Positions 21,060 to 31,137 of a stretch of 64,000 bases of DNA are shown here, one piece after another. The notes under the pieces are model-generated. The model did no database searches and was not told the DNA's origin. It worked only from the letters and a program-made list of their open reading frames with translations. The position numbers were made by a program, and so were the translations under genes. This DNA comes from an uncultured virus (IMG/VR IMGVR_UViG_3300013232_000154) (lineage: Duplodnaviria > Heunggongvirae > Uroviricota > Caudoviricetes): the IMG/VR virus record IMGVR_UViG_3300013232_000154; one strand, given 5' to 3'. The stretch's first letter is position 1. The number at the start of each line of letters is the position of its first letter.

Positions 21060-22838
21060 CTACCTGTTCCCCATGTAGACAACGCCAGACTTCGGCAGGG
21101 CCTTGGCGACAAGATTGGTAAGGGCCTGATACGTTGCCCCAGCCAATGCGTCACAACAGTCGTCCGTCGGGTACTCAGATTGCTTGTCTGGATCTATCTT
21201 GTAGCCTCTCGATGTTGCCCTACCTCTAAGGTTCTTCAACTCTCCGATGAGATAATCATGCTGATAAAGAACCAAGTCCCCCTCGTTCACCAAGTTCCTT
21301 AACTCCACGTAGATCTTTGTGGTATAGGTTGGTATGAACGGAGTCTCTTCAGTCCTCAACCCAGACATCGTGAGCCGCTCCAGCATCTGGGCCGACTGGA
21401 ATGTATCAGCCGTTATCTTCGCGACTGGGAACCTCTTGCATAGATCCCTGATGTACTGCTCGACGGTTGACAGCAATGGCGGCCCTTGCTTCGTTGGCGT
21501 CCAGACCTTCATGAGGTCAAGGACGACTTGCCTCTTAATGTGGCCCCATTGGTTTTGGAGGGTGATCACATGAACGAGGGCCACAGCGAAGTTGTGGCTG
21601 CTCTTCGAGGCGTCGAAGTGAATGTAGTACGAGTACCGTGGATCTCCGAACTTTGCCTCGGTCATCAACGGGTTTATGCAGTCGTTTATCTTCTGCTCGT
21701 TGAAGAACTTCTCTCCGATTTCTGCCTGGAATCGTGCGTTCCACGTGCTGTAGTACTTGACTGGGTCCTTTGGTTTTTCCCTGGTTTCTAGAGACTCCTT
21801 GGAGAACTCCTTGTTAGGGTTCATCCTCCAGGTCGGCAACTGTAGGGCTAGGATCTCCTCGTGGAGATGGTTTATCTTGCCCTCAAGCTCTTCCCTCTCC
21901 TGCGCCATCTTGAATAGCTTGTAGAAGGTTCCTTCCTTGCCTCTCGGGTCGCTCAGTAACACGACCTTTCCGTCTATGCCGAACTGGATTGTGGATGGGA
22001 CAAGCGCTCCGTACACCTCGTCTCCAGAAGACTTGCCGCTGGAGGTTTGGAAGTGGGCGAACTCGTCAAACAATATGCAGATTGCGGCTTGTCCTCGCAA
22101 GGATGCGGAGTTCGAGTGTCCTGACTTCAAGACTACCGAGCCGTCGAGCATGATGCTCATTCCGCGCTGCTTACGACTTGAGTTTTCTCTCTTGTCGGCG
22201 TCCGTGAGCAAGTAGATCGTGTCGCTGGTCGTGGCCCCGTGATTGATCTTGTCCGAGAAGTACGGGGAACGAGCTATGCGTGACTGGATTTCCTTGAACA
22301 ACGGGTCATATGCCTGCTTTTCCGACACGGCGACGTTGAGGATGGCAATGGGCTTGTCCGGAGAAAGCCTGTAGAACTTGTGCGGGTTTCCTTCTGGGCA
22401 TTCCAGAAGCTTGTAGGCCTCGTACGCGGCGATGATCGACACGAGCATGGTCTTTGAAGAGCGTCGTCCCATGACCAGCAACAACTGGTTGTGGGGTACT
22501 CTGCGCATGTACTTGTCAATTACTTGTCTGAAGCCGCCCTTGTCCTCGTCGTAATCCAGTTCCTCGTTCAACGCGATGTCAAGAAGGATGTTGAGTTCGT
22601 GTTCGCTTAACTCAAGATGCTCGTTCCCTCTGGTTCCGCGATAGAACAGCTTCAGGACGATTCGTTGCATGTCCCATAGGGTAACTGGTGGATCTTGCCC
22701 CAAGAAGTTCAGGAACCGGGGGTCTTCGCAAAAGGTGATGATGTCGACGACCTTGTGCTCTTTTGACGACGAGGCCCTGGCGTCTTGGAGAACCTGGTCA
22801 ATCAACGACGCCATCTCATTTTTCTTTTGCTTGGCCAT
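21060..22838 (-). CDS. terL: Terminase large subunit
   Basis: Walker A-like MGRRSSKT, Walker B ILFDEFAHF, coupling motif LSDP, RNase H-like YIHFDAS and TDDCCDALA. Confidence 0.9.
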   Translation of the reverse strand: MAKQKKNEMASLIDQVLQDARASSSKEHKVVDIITFCEDPRFLNFLGQDPPVTLWDMQRIVLKLFYRGTRGNEHLELSEHELNILLDIALNEELDYDEDKGGFRQVIDKYMRRVPHNQLLLVMGRRSSKTMLVSIIAAYEAYKLLECPEGNPHKFYRLSPDKPIAILNVAVSEKQAYDPLFKEIQSRIARSPYFSDKINHGATTSDTIYLLTDADKRENSSRKQRGMSIMLDGSVVLKSGHSNSASLRGQAAICILFDEFAHFQTSSGKSSGDEVYGALVPSTIQFGIDGKVVLLSDPRGKEGTFYKLFKMAQEREELEGKINHLHEEILALQLPTWRMNPNKEFSKESLETREKPKDPVKYYSTWNARFQAEIGEKFFNEQKINDCINPLMTEAKFGDPRYSYYIHFDASKSSHNFAVALVHVITLQNQWGHIKRQVVLDLMKVWTPTKQGPPLLSTVEQYIRDLCKRFPVAKITADTFQSAQMLERLTMSGLRTEETPFIPTYTTKIYVELRNLVNEGDLVLYQHDYLIGELKNLRGRATSRGYKIDPDKQSEYPTDDCCDALAGATYQALTNLVAKALPKSGVVYMGNR

Positions 22839-22839
22839 A

Positions 22840-23040
22840 TTATCTCATGTCCCAGTTTTGACCAGTCGTTGCACGATACGACCAGAAGGCTGGCTGAGAC
22901 CAATAGAGAAGCGTGGCCTCCACGTTGTCCTTCTGGGCGTCCCTTGGCAACTGATAACCAGAGAAGCGATATTTGGTGGGATCAACCACCTCGTCTTCCT
23001 TCTTCTCTTCCGGCCTCGGAGCGTTTGGTATGCAAGGCAT
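22840..23040 (-). CDS. Small hypothetical protein
   Basis: GGAGG RBS before ATG at 23040; abuts terL. Confidence 0.5.
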   Translation of the reverse strand: MPCIPNAPRPEEKKEDEVVDPTKYRFSGYQLPRDAQKDNVEATLLYWSQPAFWSYRATTGQNWDMR

Positions 23041-23072
23041 GACACACCTCCCCACATACCTATTCTGCGCCT

Positions 23073-23948
23073 CTATGGGGCGTACCTGTTCATATGGAAG
23101 AGACATTCCTTGAGCGCGTCCTTCCACGGCCTTAACGTCTTGCCAGTCAACGTTTTGTATTTGGCGCATGATAAAGAGCAGTTATTCGGCCTTTTGGCGG
23201 GGAAGGCGCTGTTTGATGCCACTACGATGTTCTCTGGTAGCTTGCACAAGGATAGCGTTTCCTTGGCGAACTCTTCCCATGTCGTGATTCCAGAGTTGGC
23301 CACGTTCACTATTCCCTTGGCGTCCATGTTGGCAAGCCCAAACACGGCCTCGGTCAAGTCATCAACGTATACTGGGGATCCCTTGACATCTTTGGGAACC
23401 TTTACATAGAGCCTTCTGTCAGCATTGGCCAGCCAGTCAGGAATAAGCCCCGCTTGTTCTTCTCCAAAAACCCAGCCCGCCCTGATGACCAGTGAAGATG
23501 GACAAGAAATCAGGCAGCTCTGTTCCCCGTGAAGCTTTGATTGCCCATAGGCATTTTGTGGATTGGAACTGGCCTTCTCGCCGTGGGCATTGACGTTCTT
23601 GCCTTCAAGGACTGACCATGAGGAGAAGTGGACCAGCTTGCATCCGATCCTCATGCATGCCTTGGCGATTAGCCCAGGCCCGATCCCGTTGATCCTGAAG
23701 GCCCCAGCCTTGGCTTCCTCGCATATCTCTGGATCCGAAATGCCAGCGCAGTTGAACACGATGGTAGGCTTGATGTAATCAAGCAGGTGGTTGACATGCT
23801 CGGCGTTGGTTATGTCTGCCCTGGCATGATCGAACGCGAATATCCTATAGTCATCTATCTTGTTCGAGGCAACTCTGAGAAGCGAGGATCCTATGATCCC
23901 GCCAAGCCCGAAAATGACATATGACGGCTTTTTGTTCCCCAAGGTCAT
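23073..23948 (-). CDS. rmlD: dTDP-4-dehydrorhamnose reductase-like SDR
   Basis: IFGLGGIIG, DIT, NCAG, P.NAYGQSK (YxxxK), GSPVYVDDL, AKRPNNCSL, RPWKDAL. Confidence 0.85.
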   Translation of the reverse strand: MTLGNKKPSYVIFGLGGIIGSSLLRVASNKIDDYRIFAFDHARADITNAEHVNHLLDYIKPTIVFNCAGISDPEICEEAKAGAFRINGIGPGLIAKACMRIGCKLVHFSSWSVLEGKNVNAHGEKASSNPQNAYGQSKLHGEQSCLISCPSSLVIRAGWVFGEEQAGLIPDWLANADRRLYVKVPKDVKGSPVYVDDLTEAVFGLANMDAKGIVNVANSGITTWEEFAKETLSLCKLPENIVVASNSAFPAKRPNNCSLSCAKYKTLTGKTLRPWKDALKECLFHMNRYAP

Positions 23949-24020
23949 GTCTCCCAAGAGATTAAAAGATCATACGCCCCCTTTTGCATGTATTATCAAT
24001 CGAAACCAAGGAGAGATTCT

Positions 24021-24419
24021 ATGTTCAAGCACTTGCTGATTGACCCGAACAAAAATCTGTTACTTTGCAGTACCGACCTGGTAGGTGTCGGAGAAAGAGT
24101 GGAACTTCACGCGCCCGGGGGAACTGGGGCGACCCCGATCCAGATCGCGGGGAAGATCATGAAGAAGGTCGCTGACCCGAATCTTTTTGAGGTCGAAACA
24201 TCGTATGACAGTCAAGAGTTCGTAGGGAAGAAATATTACGTGGAACAAGATTGCGTGTTCCGTATTCTGACGAAGAGCATTGGCGGAACCAGGCGAAGGA
24301 AGTTCTCTAGGGACGAGAAGGAAATCGTCAACCTAGAACACAACGACGACTTCATCGAGAAGAAGGTAGTCAAGGCAAAGACTGGTTCCGTAAGGAAGAA
24401 ACGCAAAAAGGCCCAATGA
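24021..24419 (+). CDS. Hypothetical protein
   Basis: AGGAG RBS; basic C-terminus. Confidence 0.65.
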   Translation: MFKHLLIDPNKNLLLCSTDLVGVGERVELHAPGGTGATPIQIAGKIMKKVADPNLFEVETSYDSQEFVGKKYYVEQDCVFRILTKSIGGTRRRKFSRDEKEIVNLEHNDDFIEKKVVKAKTGSVRKKRKKAQ

Positions 24420-24421
24420 CG

Positions 24422-25582
24422 CTATCCGACCCGAAGCCCCTTTAAGAACCCCTCCTTGTTCCCTTTCAAGTCTCTTGTCCCGCCCCTCAGTATCTTAGTG
24501 AACTGAGGCCTGAAGCAGAAGTACAGGCGGATGATCCCGCTGTACTCGTTCTCCCACTCGTCTATCGACTTGCGACTATCTGACATGAGCGTTTGGTTTA
24601 TCTTTGCCCCAGCCCCTACCGAAACGGATTTTATTTCTTCCTCATCCCCACGAATTCCGCTCCATCCGCTTGGATTCCATCCACTTGCGCCAGAGGAGCC
24701 AGAGCTTCCGCTCCATCCTCTCGGACCAGAAACTCCACTACAGCTAGAAATACCAATATCACCGCTGTAACCAGAAGTACCAACATTACCAACAGAACCA
24801 CTATAACCGCTTACTCCGCTTAGTCCGCTATGTCCAGAGAATCCACTGTATCCGTAATATCCTGTGTTGTATGTTACTGGAGGTGGATTAATGACATACT
24901 CTTTCTTGGGCTTGTAAAAACAAAATCCAAAAGCAGGCGCCACATTGTGGCTTCCTATGACCGCGCTCGCGATGTCTGCCTCTTCTTCCTTCGAGAAGAA
25001 GAATTGCCTGACTGTTCCGTCATCTGCCCTGAACCCGTCCCACCAGAGGGCGTTCGGAGCGCAGACATAGTTCTGCGGAGGCCAAGACCATCCGCATTGC
25101 TCGCAAAGTCTGTCGTTTCCAAGGAAATCAGTTCCATGGGTTGGACATGTCTTCTTGTATCTTTCAAGCGCAAGATCTTCGATCTTGCGCCCATTGATCG
25201 GATTCATTCCCTTGACGCTAGGAAGAATTGCCGTGTTCATTTTGTTGTTTCCGCGCCAGTCGAACCAGAGTCCCCATTCGCTTTCTATCGGACAAACATA
25301 GCTTCCCGGTCCTTTGACCCATTCGTATGGGGCCTCAAGGAACGCATCAACTGGAAAGACTGGAATGTTCTCTCCAGAAGGAAGACCAAACGTGTGTTCT
25401 CCAATTAAACGAGGAGCCTTCTTGAGAGACGCTTTGAATCCATTGTGCTCCATCACAAGTGAATGAGTTAGAGGCGTCCCAGCGGTCATCTCTAGAGAAT
25501 AGAACTGCGTGATGCTCCGTGGGTAGTTCGGGATTAAAGAAACGCAACCAGGTTCAGTTCCAAGACTGCCGCTGAAGCACAT
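24422..25582 (-). CDS. Hypothetical protein, paralogue of 25638-26942, with G-x-S triplet repeat
   Basis: Near-identical core (SYVCP.ESEWGLWFDW, PPQNYVCAPN.LWWDGFRA.DGTVRQFFF); GYSGFSGHSGLSGVSGYSG run. Confidence 0.8.
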   Translation of the reverse strand: MCFSGSLGTEPGCVSLIPNYPRSITQFYSLEMTAGTPLTHSLVMEHNGFKASLKKAPRLIGEHTFGLPSGENIPVFPVDAFLEAPYEWVKGPGSYVCPIESEWGLWFDWRGNNKMNTAILPSVKGMNPINGRKIEDLALERYKKTCPTHGTDFLGNDRLCEQCGWSWPPQNYVCAPNALWWDGFRADDGTVRQFFFSKEEEADIASAVIGSHNVAPAFGFCFYKPKKEYVINPPPVTYNTGYYGYSGFSGHSGLSGVSGYSGSVGNVGTSGYSGDIGISSCSGVSGPRGWSGSSGSSGASGWNPSGWSGIRGDEEEIKSVSVGAGAKINQTLMSDSRKSIDEWENEYSGIIRLYFCFRPQFTKILRGGTRDLKGNKEGFLKGLRVG

Positions 25583-25596
25583 GATATTCTCCTTTT

Positions 25597-25631
25597 GTTC
25601 TGGCGCGGTACGTTTGGTACCGCGCCAGAAC
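25597..25631. repeat. Perfect 15-bp inverted repeat
   Basis: GTTCTGGCGCGGTAC-gtttg-GTACCGCGCCAGAAC. Confidence 0.85.
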
Positions 25632-25637
25632 TATAGC

Positions 25638-26942
25638 CTAGCTGCCTACTGGCAATCCCTTCAAGTACCCTTCCTTCTCGCCTTCCAGGTTCCTGAAGCC
25701 ACCTTTCAAGAGCTGCTCGAACTGAGGCTTGAAGCAGAAGTACAAGCGGATGATCCCGCCGTTTTTCTTCTTCCATGCCTTAACCGAAGCCTGAGTGTCG
25801 GGAAGAAGGACTTGGTTGATCTTCGCGCCAGCCCCAACGGCCACCGTCTTGATCTCGTTTTCGGCGGCTTCCGCAGCGGCTTGTTTTGCTTCCATCTCAC
25901 GTATCTCTGCGTTCGAGTACGTGTCATGCATGACGATCCCGCCAGAAGTCTTCTGCTCGCAGCATCTGGCCGCTGTTTTGTTGCGCATCAGTCGTGGCTT
26001 GTCGTCTGAGTCATCCATGGCTGGGGCGCATGCGCCCGCTGCGGCCGCCACGATTGGCCCTACAGACGCGTAGTTGAACGACGCTGGTTCCACAAAGTTT
26101 TGTCCAGTATGCGACGTGTCTGAACAGTAGCTGCTCAGAACTCCCTCACTATGAAGCGTGTCAGAAGAGTACTTCATGCTCTTGCAACCATCGAAGGACT
26201 TGAGTCCACCACCTTGACCACCAGCATGTCCAGATGGACCAGTCAGTCCATGTTGACCACTCGCTCCGTAGTGAGTACCAACACCCCATCCGTACAAAGA
26301 GCTAGGAGCTGCCTGTGTCATCTTCTTCGGACGGTAGAAGCAGAACCCGAAGGCGGGTACCGTATTGTGCTTGCCAATCACGGCGCTCGCGATGTCCTTC
26401 TCGTCGTCCTTCGAGAAGAAGAACTGGCGAACCGTACCATCCGACGCCCTGAACCCATCCCACCAGAGAGTGTTCGGGGCGCAGACGTAGTTCTGCGGAG
26501 GCCAGCAGTACCCGCATTCCTCGCAAAGCCTGCTGTCTCCGACGAAGGCCTTGCCATGGATCGGACACTTGTTGCTGTAGCGTTCCAGAGCCAGTCCCTC
26601 GATCTTCTTTCCAGTGATCGGGTTCATGCCTTTGACGCTCGGAATCACGGCGGTATTGGCGCAGTCGTTCATTGTCCAATCGAACCAGAGACCCCATTCG
26701 CTCTCGACGGGGCAGACATAGCTTCCCGCTCCCTTAACCCAGTCCTTCGGGGAATCAAGAAACGCGTCCACTGGGAAAACGGGAATCGACTGACCAGGTG
26801 GAAGACCATGCGTGCGACTGCCAGTCAGCTTCTGCGCCCGCATCAGCCTCGCATAGAAACCGTTCTGAGTCATCACATGCAGAGGCGTGACTGGCAATCC
26901 ACGAACCATCGTTTCCGAGTAGTATGGCGACAAGTGTGACAT
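25638..26942 (-). CDS. Hypothetical protein, paralogue of 24422-25582
   Basis: Shared core; CPIHG..C..C zinc motif. Confidence 0.8.
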   Translation of the reverse strand: MSHLSPYYSETMVRGLPVTPLHVMTQNGFYARLMRAQKLTGSRTHGLPPGQSIPVFPVDAFLDSPKDWVKGAGSYVCPVESEWGLWFDWTMNDCANTAVIPSVKGMNPITGKKIEGLALERYSNKCPIHGKAFVGDSRLCEECGYCWPPQNYVCAPNTLWWDGFRASDGTVRQFFFSKDDEKDIASAVIGKHNTVPAFGFCFYRPKKMTQAAPSSLYGWGVGTHYGASGQHGLTGPSGHAGGQGGGLKSFDGCKSMKYSSDTLHSEGVLSSYCSDTSHTGQNFVEPASFNYASVGPIVAAAAGACAPAMDDSDDKPRLMRNKTAARCCEQKTSGGIVMHDTYSNAEIREMEAKQAAAEAAENEIKTVAVGAGAKINQVLLPDTQASVKAWKKKNGGIIRLYFCFKPQFEQLLKGGFRNLEGEKEGYLKGLPVGS

Positions 26943-26960
26943 TGTTTTTCTCCTTTGTTA

Positions 26961-26990
26961 TGGCATGGGACGGCATGCCGTCCCATGCCA
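26961..26990. repeat. Perfect 30-bp palindrome
   Basis: TGGCATGGGACGGCATGCCGTCCCATGCCA. Confidence 0.85.
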
Positions 26991-27007
26991 AGGTTTCCCT
27001 GGTTGGA

Positions 27008-27934
27008 CTAGTACGTACGATGGACGAAGAACGGGTCGGCGCTGCCGTTCATGGCAGACGACGTCCTGCGCGTGAGGATTGGGAGCTTGCCGTCAGCCTG
27101 AAGTTCGGCGAACAGCATGTTGACCGGGCCGCTAGTGAGAATCGAAGGGACGCCCTTCTCAAGCTGCTCGAAGAGCGCGATCTTCTTCTCGTAGTCGTCG
27201 GCGAACGATGGAATCGCCATCTTCGCGACTCGGACCCTGACGCGGAGATCGTTCGAGACGTTCTTCCACGACATCTTGCACTTGTCGCAGTAGCCATCCA
27301 CGAGCAATACCTCGCCATGGATCGGGCATTCCTCGAACTTGACCGTCGGGAACTCGCCGATGCGATACACGCGGACGAGGCTCCCCTTGACCTGGTAGGT
27401 CTCGGGAATGGCTTGTCGGCGTGACAGCCTCAGCAAAGTCACCGTCGTCTCGACGTCGACCTCGCCAGACGCGTTGAAGACGATGAAACGCTTGTCGTCT
27501 CCGCGCTTCTTCAACTCGGCGATCACGTTGATCGGAGCGTCTGGGCAATAGGCCGAAATCACGTCCTCGTCGGACCACTGGGTCACTGGCCGCTTGGCAG
27601 TTTCGGACTTCGCGGCGGTCTCCTTCGTCTCTCCCTTGAGGATAGCCCAGCCGAGGCGGAACTTGGCGACTGGGACGCCGCCCTTGTCCACGAAGATCGG
27701 CTTCGCATCCTCTTCCTTGGTCGTCTCGGCTTGGAGCAGGGACAGCCCCGAGTCGTCCTGGTCGATGCCCAAATCAGCAAGTAACGACGCGACCTTGGCG
27801 GGCTTGATCTTCATGATCGTAGCCGCTTCGTCGACTCGCTTTTTCAGGGTTTCCAGGGAACTACTGGTGGGAACGTCTTGCTTGGTGGCCATTGGCGCAC
27901 CTCCGTTTTCTTGCGTTGCCTTTTTATCGGCCAC
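27008..27934 (-). CDS. Hypothetical protein with CPIHG..C..C zinc motif
   Basis: 308-aa ORF; ECPIHGEVLLVDGYCDKC. Confidence 0.75.
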   Translation of the reverse strand: MADKKATQENGGAPMATKQDVPTSSSLETLKKRVDEAATIMKIKPAKVASLLADLGIDQDDSGLSLLQAETTKEEDAKPIFVDKGGVPVAKFRLGWAILKGETKETAAKSETAKRPVTQWSDEDVISAYCPDAPINVIAELKKRGDDKRFIVFNASGEVDVETTVTLLRLSRRQAIPETYQVKGSLVRVYRIGEFPTVKFEECPIHGEVLLVDGYCDKCKMSWKNVSNDLRVRVRVAKMAIPSFADDYEKKIALFEQLEKGVPSILTSGPVNMLFAELQADGKLPILTRRTSSAMNGSADPFFVHRTY

Positions 27935-28092
27935 GCTGTCCTTGGCTACTCCGCCACTGGCGTTTCGCCTTTGGCTACTCGGCTGTCCGCTCGTGCGAAC
28001 TATCGCCTTTCACCGATCAACTGATTATAGAACGGTGCAGATAGACCTCCAAAATAATTCTTTGAAAATTTTGGCACATTATATTTTCGTCA

Positions 28093-28120
28093 TTGACATC
28101 CCTAATAGGAGGCGTATCAT
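28093..28120 (+). promoter_or_regulatory. Sigma70-type promoter (leaderless downstream gene)
   Basis: TTGACA-N16-TATCAT, ATG 7 nt downstream. Confidence 0.65.
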
Positions 28121-28127
28121 CACCACC

Positions 28128-28439
28128 ATGAAGACCAAGGCACGATTAATCAAAGCCTTGCTGGATCAACACTTGCTCCGCGACAAGGACACCATAAAGG
28201 CCAAGCTCGAGGCTGATGAGTTGTCGTCTCTTGATGGTGGAGTGCTTGTTCTGGTCAAGCGGCGCAAGAAGAGAGGTAGGGTACGGAACGCCTTCGTGGC
28301 TCCAGATGGTCTGTCGCACTTCATCTTCTCCGACGGGAGGAACTCATTCATGTTCCTCTCCAAAGACAAGGACAGAGTCGGGGCGATAGCAGACTTCATT
28401 ATGGACGGTTTTGAGGACGAGGAGAATCAAGATGCTTAA
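28128..28439 (+). CDS. Hypothetical protein
   Basis: ATG right after promoter; upstream part of the track ORF is antisense to another gene. Confidence 0.6.
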   Translation: MKTKARLIKALLDQHLLRDKDTIKAKLEADELSSLDGGVLVLVKRRKKRGRVRNAFVAPDGLSHFIFSDGRNSFMFLSKDKDRVGAIADFIMDGFEDEENQDA

Positions 28440-28914
28440 GCTATCGACCCAGATGGTCAAGAAACTGATGGAAGTCGATGGATCAATGAACTTCTTCAAA
28501 ATCGCCCTTGAAGATACCATGTCGTTCGCCAAAGGGCTGATGTCCACGGAGGAATTTCAGGCTTTCATCACGGAAATCATAAACGAAGTGAATGTTCCCA
28601 AGAAAATGGCCGCTGTCTACAAAGAGTACTACGAGGCCGACGACATCCTTGCTCTCATCAGCTTCTTCAAGTCGTCCACTGGAAAGAAACTCCTTCGGCT
28701 CCAGCCACAAATGCTCCCAAAGGTATCCATTAACACTCAGTTGATTGCCGCCGAAATGATGGTCGTCGCGCTCCGCAAGGTCGCAGAACGCTACCCTAAC
28801 GCCCACGGATTGTCCGCCTCAGATGGCCCTCCACATTTGGATGCCATTCCACCTTGGGAAGCCAAGGACGAAGACGACGAGAACGAGGACGAGGACGAAG
28901 GTCAGAATATTTAG
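28432..28914 (+). CDS. DUF2059-like protein
   Basis: MAAVYKEYYEADDILALISFFKSSTGKKLLRLQP. Confidence 0.65.
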   Translation: MLKLSTQMVKKLMEVDGSMNFFKIALEDTMSFAKGLMSTEEFQAFITEIINEVNVPKKMAAVYKEYYEADDILALISFFKSSTGKKLLRLQPQMLPKVSINTQLIAAEMMVVALRKVAERYPNAHGLSASDGPPHLDAIPPWEAKDEDDENEDEDEGQNI

Positions 28915-28963
28915 CTTGACATTACGTGCGCTTCTGAGACAATTAGTCCCAAGGAGGAACACC

Positions 28964-29845
28964 ATGGATTACAAGTACCACAATCAGATCGTGACGCTTG
29001 ACGAGCACCACCTCGAAAGGGCCATCTCGGAGGAAGAGAAGCGCCACCGCAACGGGACGTTCAAGTACGGCCCTTTGGCGCTGACTCAGGCTCAAATCGC
29101 CCAGATCAAACAGACCTGGCCTCCAGACAGAATCCAAGAGATGCTGGCCAAGTCCAAGGACATAAAGGAAGAAGCGAAGGATCGCAAGGCGTACCTCGCC
29201 CTCCACGAGTTCCTCACCAAGACGATCACCCAGCCAGAAACTCCAGCTTGCAAGTTCGCCGCGATCGACCTGGCCTTCTCCATGCTCACCAGCATGGCCA
29301 CTGGCCTCAAGTTCGATGCCAGGAGCAACTGGGTCGAGCGCATCATCCAAGGCAAGCGCTACCGTCTCAGGCCATCTGAGCGCTTTGCCAAGATGATCGT
29401 CCGCGAGGATCAGGTCAAGGGGGCCGACATATACATCTTCGGCTTGTACAAGGAGGAGATGCGCCGCTGCTGGTTGCTTGGATGGGCCAGCCAAGAGGAC
29501 ATGATCTCTGGCAAGCGCGGCAACAAGAACCTTGACGAGAACCTTCGATGGGACGAGATGTGCTACTACAAGTCCGTCGACGAGCTTCGTCCCATGGCGG
29601 ATCTCGTCCGCCAGATGGGAATTGAGGTCGTTCCCGATGGCGTCTTGTTCGAGGCCGTCCCGACCGAGGCGTCGATCCCGTCATGCGAGAAGACCAAGGC
29701 GCTCGACATCCTGATGAAGAGTCCCTCTGGCGTACTCACCAGCATCATCGGCTTGGACGATCCTCCTCCACAGCAGCAACAGCAACAGAAGTCTCAGCCC
29801 GTTCAGAAGCAAGCAGAACCGAGTCCAGACGACTACACGTTCTAG
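28964..29845 (+). CDS. Hypothetical protein, possibly nuclease-fold
   Basis: GGAGG RBS; DIYIFG...WLLGW motif; polyQ tail. Confidence 0.65.
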   Translation: MDYKYHNQIVTLDEHHLERAISEEEKRHRNGTFKYGPLALTQAQIAQIKQTWPPDRIQEMLAKSKDIKEEAKDRKAYLALHEFLTKTITQPETPACKFAAIDLAFSMLTSMATGLKFDARSNWVERIIQGKRYRLRPSERFAKMIVREDQVKGADIYIFGLYKEEMRRCWLLGWASQEDMISGKRGNKNLDENLRWDEMCYYKSVDELRPMADLVRQMGIEVVPDGVLFEAVPTEASIPSCEKTKALDILMKSPSGVLTSIIGLDDPPPQQQQQQKSQPVQKQAEPSPDDYTF

Positions 29846-29854
29846 GAGCTTCCC

Positions 29855-30316
29855 ATGTCCAAGGTCTACCATTACCTCGTGGGTTTCTCAACCCACGAGG
29901 GGGCCGACGCGATCTGGCTCACCAGCAAGAAGAGATACACGGAGAAGCAGTTCAACAAATTGTGCGTCTCGGTGGTTCCAGAAGCGACGAAAGAGTACTT
30001 GCTGTGCATACAAGGTACGCGAGACAAGGCGCTCGCTGGGCAATTCCTTCTCGACATCAGGTTCGAGGCGCTCTACACATACATCGCAGATCAGTTGTCC
30101 AAGCAGTACGGGTTCAAGGTCTTGGCCCCGCATCGCAGTCTCTACCTGTTCGGCTGGGCCAACATACTAGACACGGAAGACTGGAAGCAACAGCGATGCG
30201 AAGTGATGGAAGCCATGCGTGAGAAGATGGAAGAGGCTGGATTCGGACGTGGCTTTCACTACTGCGACTTATGGAACAAAGACGAATCACCTAAGAAACC
30301 GTGCTCGAAGCCGTGA
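29855..30316 (+). CDS. Hypothetical protein
   Basis: 153-aa ORF with AGGAG RBS. Confidence 0.65.
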   Translation: MSKVYHYLVGFSTHEGADAIWLTSKKRYTEKQFNKLCVSVVPEATKEYLLCIQGTRDKALAGQFLLDIRFEALYTYIADQLSKQYGFKVLAPHRSLYLFGWANILDTEDWKQQRCEVMEAMREKMEEAGFGRGFHYCDLWNKDESPKKPCSKP

Positions 30317-31126
30317 GTCCTGCTGGCGCAAGAAGTTTGCCCCAAACTTGCCGCTTTCCAAACCAAGTACCAGCGCCTTCGGCAAGTCGTTCTTGATGTG
30401 GTCGCTCAATGACCCGATGCCAACGGCGATTGCGGCCACGGTGTCCGTATCACCACCAAAAGCCACGCTCTTTTTGAGGATCTCCGAGAGCGTCTTGCTG
30501 GACGAGAACGCCGTCAACGCGGCCCTGGCGATTTCCTCGCCGTTCAACGAGACACGGCCCGTCCACGTATCCCACTGTCCAGGAACCGACTTCTCCACGA
30601 GCTTGACCACCTTGTGTGGCTCGACTTGCTTCTGAGCCACAAAGTACGATGCGGTGGCCACGGCTAGCGCTGCGCGAACGCCAGCACTCGTCCGATGGGT
30701 GATAGAGGCTTGGACCGTACACGCGAACTGGACGTCTCGTAGCTTTGGCAAGAATCCCAGTGGAACAGCCCTCATTGCCGCCCCGCCGCGCTCGCTGGAA
30801 GGAAGGATCTTCTTGAGGAGGTCGTCGCCGCTCTTGACGTGGGCGAGGAGCTTTCCGAATCCCCGAGCGTATCCTCTGATCGGATCTCGCTTGAACGTGT
30901 CAACGAATGCCTTGGCGTAGTTGCGTTCGTCAAACCAGTCGCCCGTCAGAATGGCCTCGGTGACGGCCAAGGACATCTGGGTGTCGTCCGTGTATCGGCC
31001 TGGGCTTTTGTTGTACTTTGAGAGGCGATGGTACTTGGCGAGGTCATTATGCTTGGTCACCAGCTCGTCTGGGACGAGTTCAAATCCAGCCCCATAAGCA
31101 TCGGCCACGGCCAGTTCGAAGAGCAC
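30287..31126 (-). CDS. ADP-ribosylglycohydrolase (DraG/ARH family)
   Basis: AVADAYG, YTDDTQM, GAAMRAVP, SITH, GGDTDTVAAI. Confidence 0.9.
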   Translation of the reverse strand: MLFELAVADAYGAGFELVPDELVTKHNDLAKYHRLSKYNKSPGRYTDDTQMSLAVTEAILTGDWFDERNYAKAFVDTFKRDPIRGYARGFGKLLAHVKSGDDLLKKILPSSERGGAAMRAVPLGFLPKLRDVQFACTVQASITHRTSAGVRAALAVATASYFVAQKQVEPHKVVKLVEKSVPGQWDTWTGRVSLNGEEIARAALTAFSSSKTLSEILKKSVAFGGDTDTVAAIAVGIGSLSDHIKNDLPKALVLGLESGKFGANFLRQQDSRLRARFLR

Positions 31127-31137
31127 GGAAATCTCCT

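Noticed and set aside
21060..22838. Intein or intron in terminase
   Set aside because: 592 aa with contiguous ATPase and nuclease motifs; no intein boundary motifs.
39..23800. Many plus-strand ORFs in the first 24 kb
   Set aside because: Shadow ORFs opposite a continuous minus-strand gene chain, without RBS or recognisable motifs.
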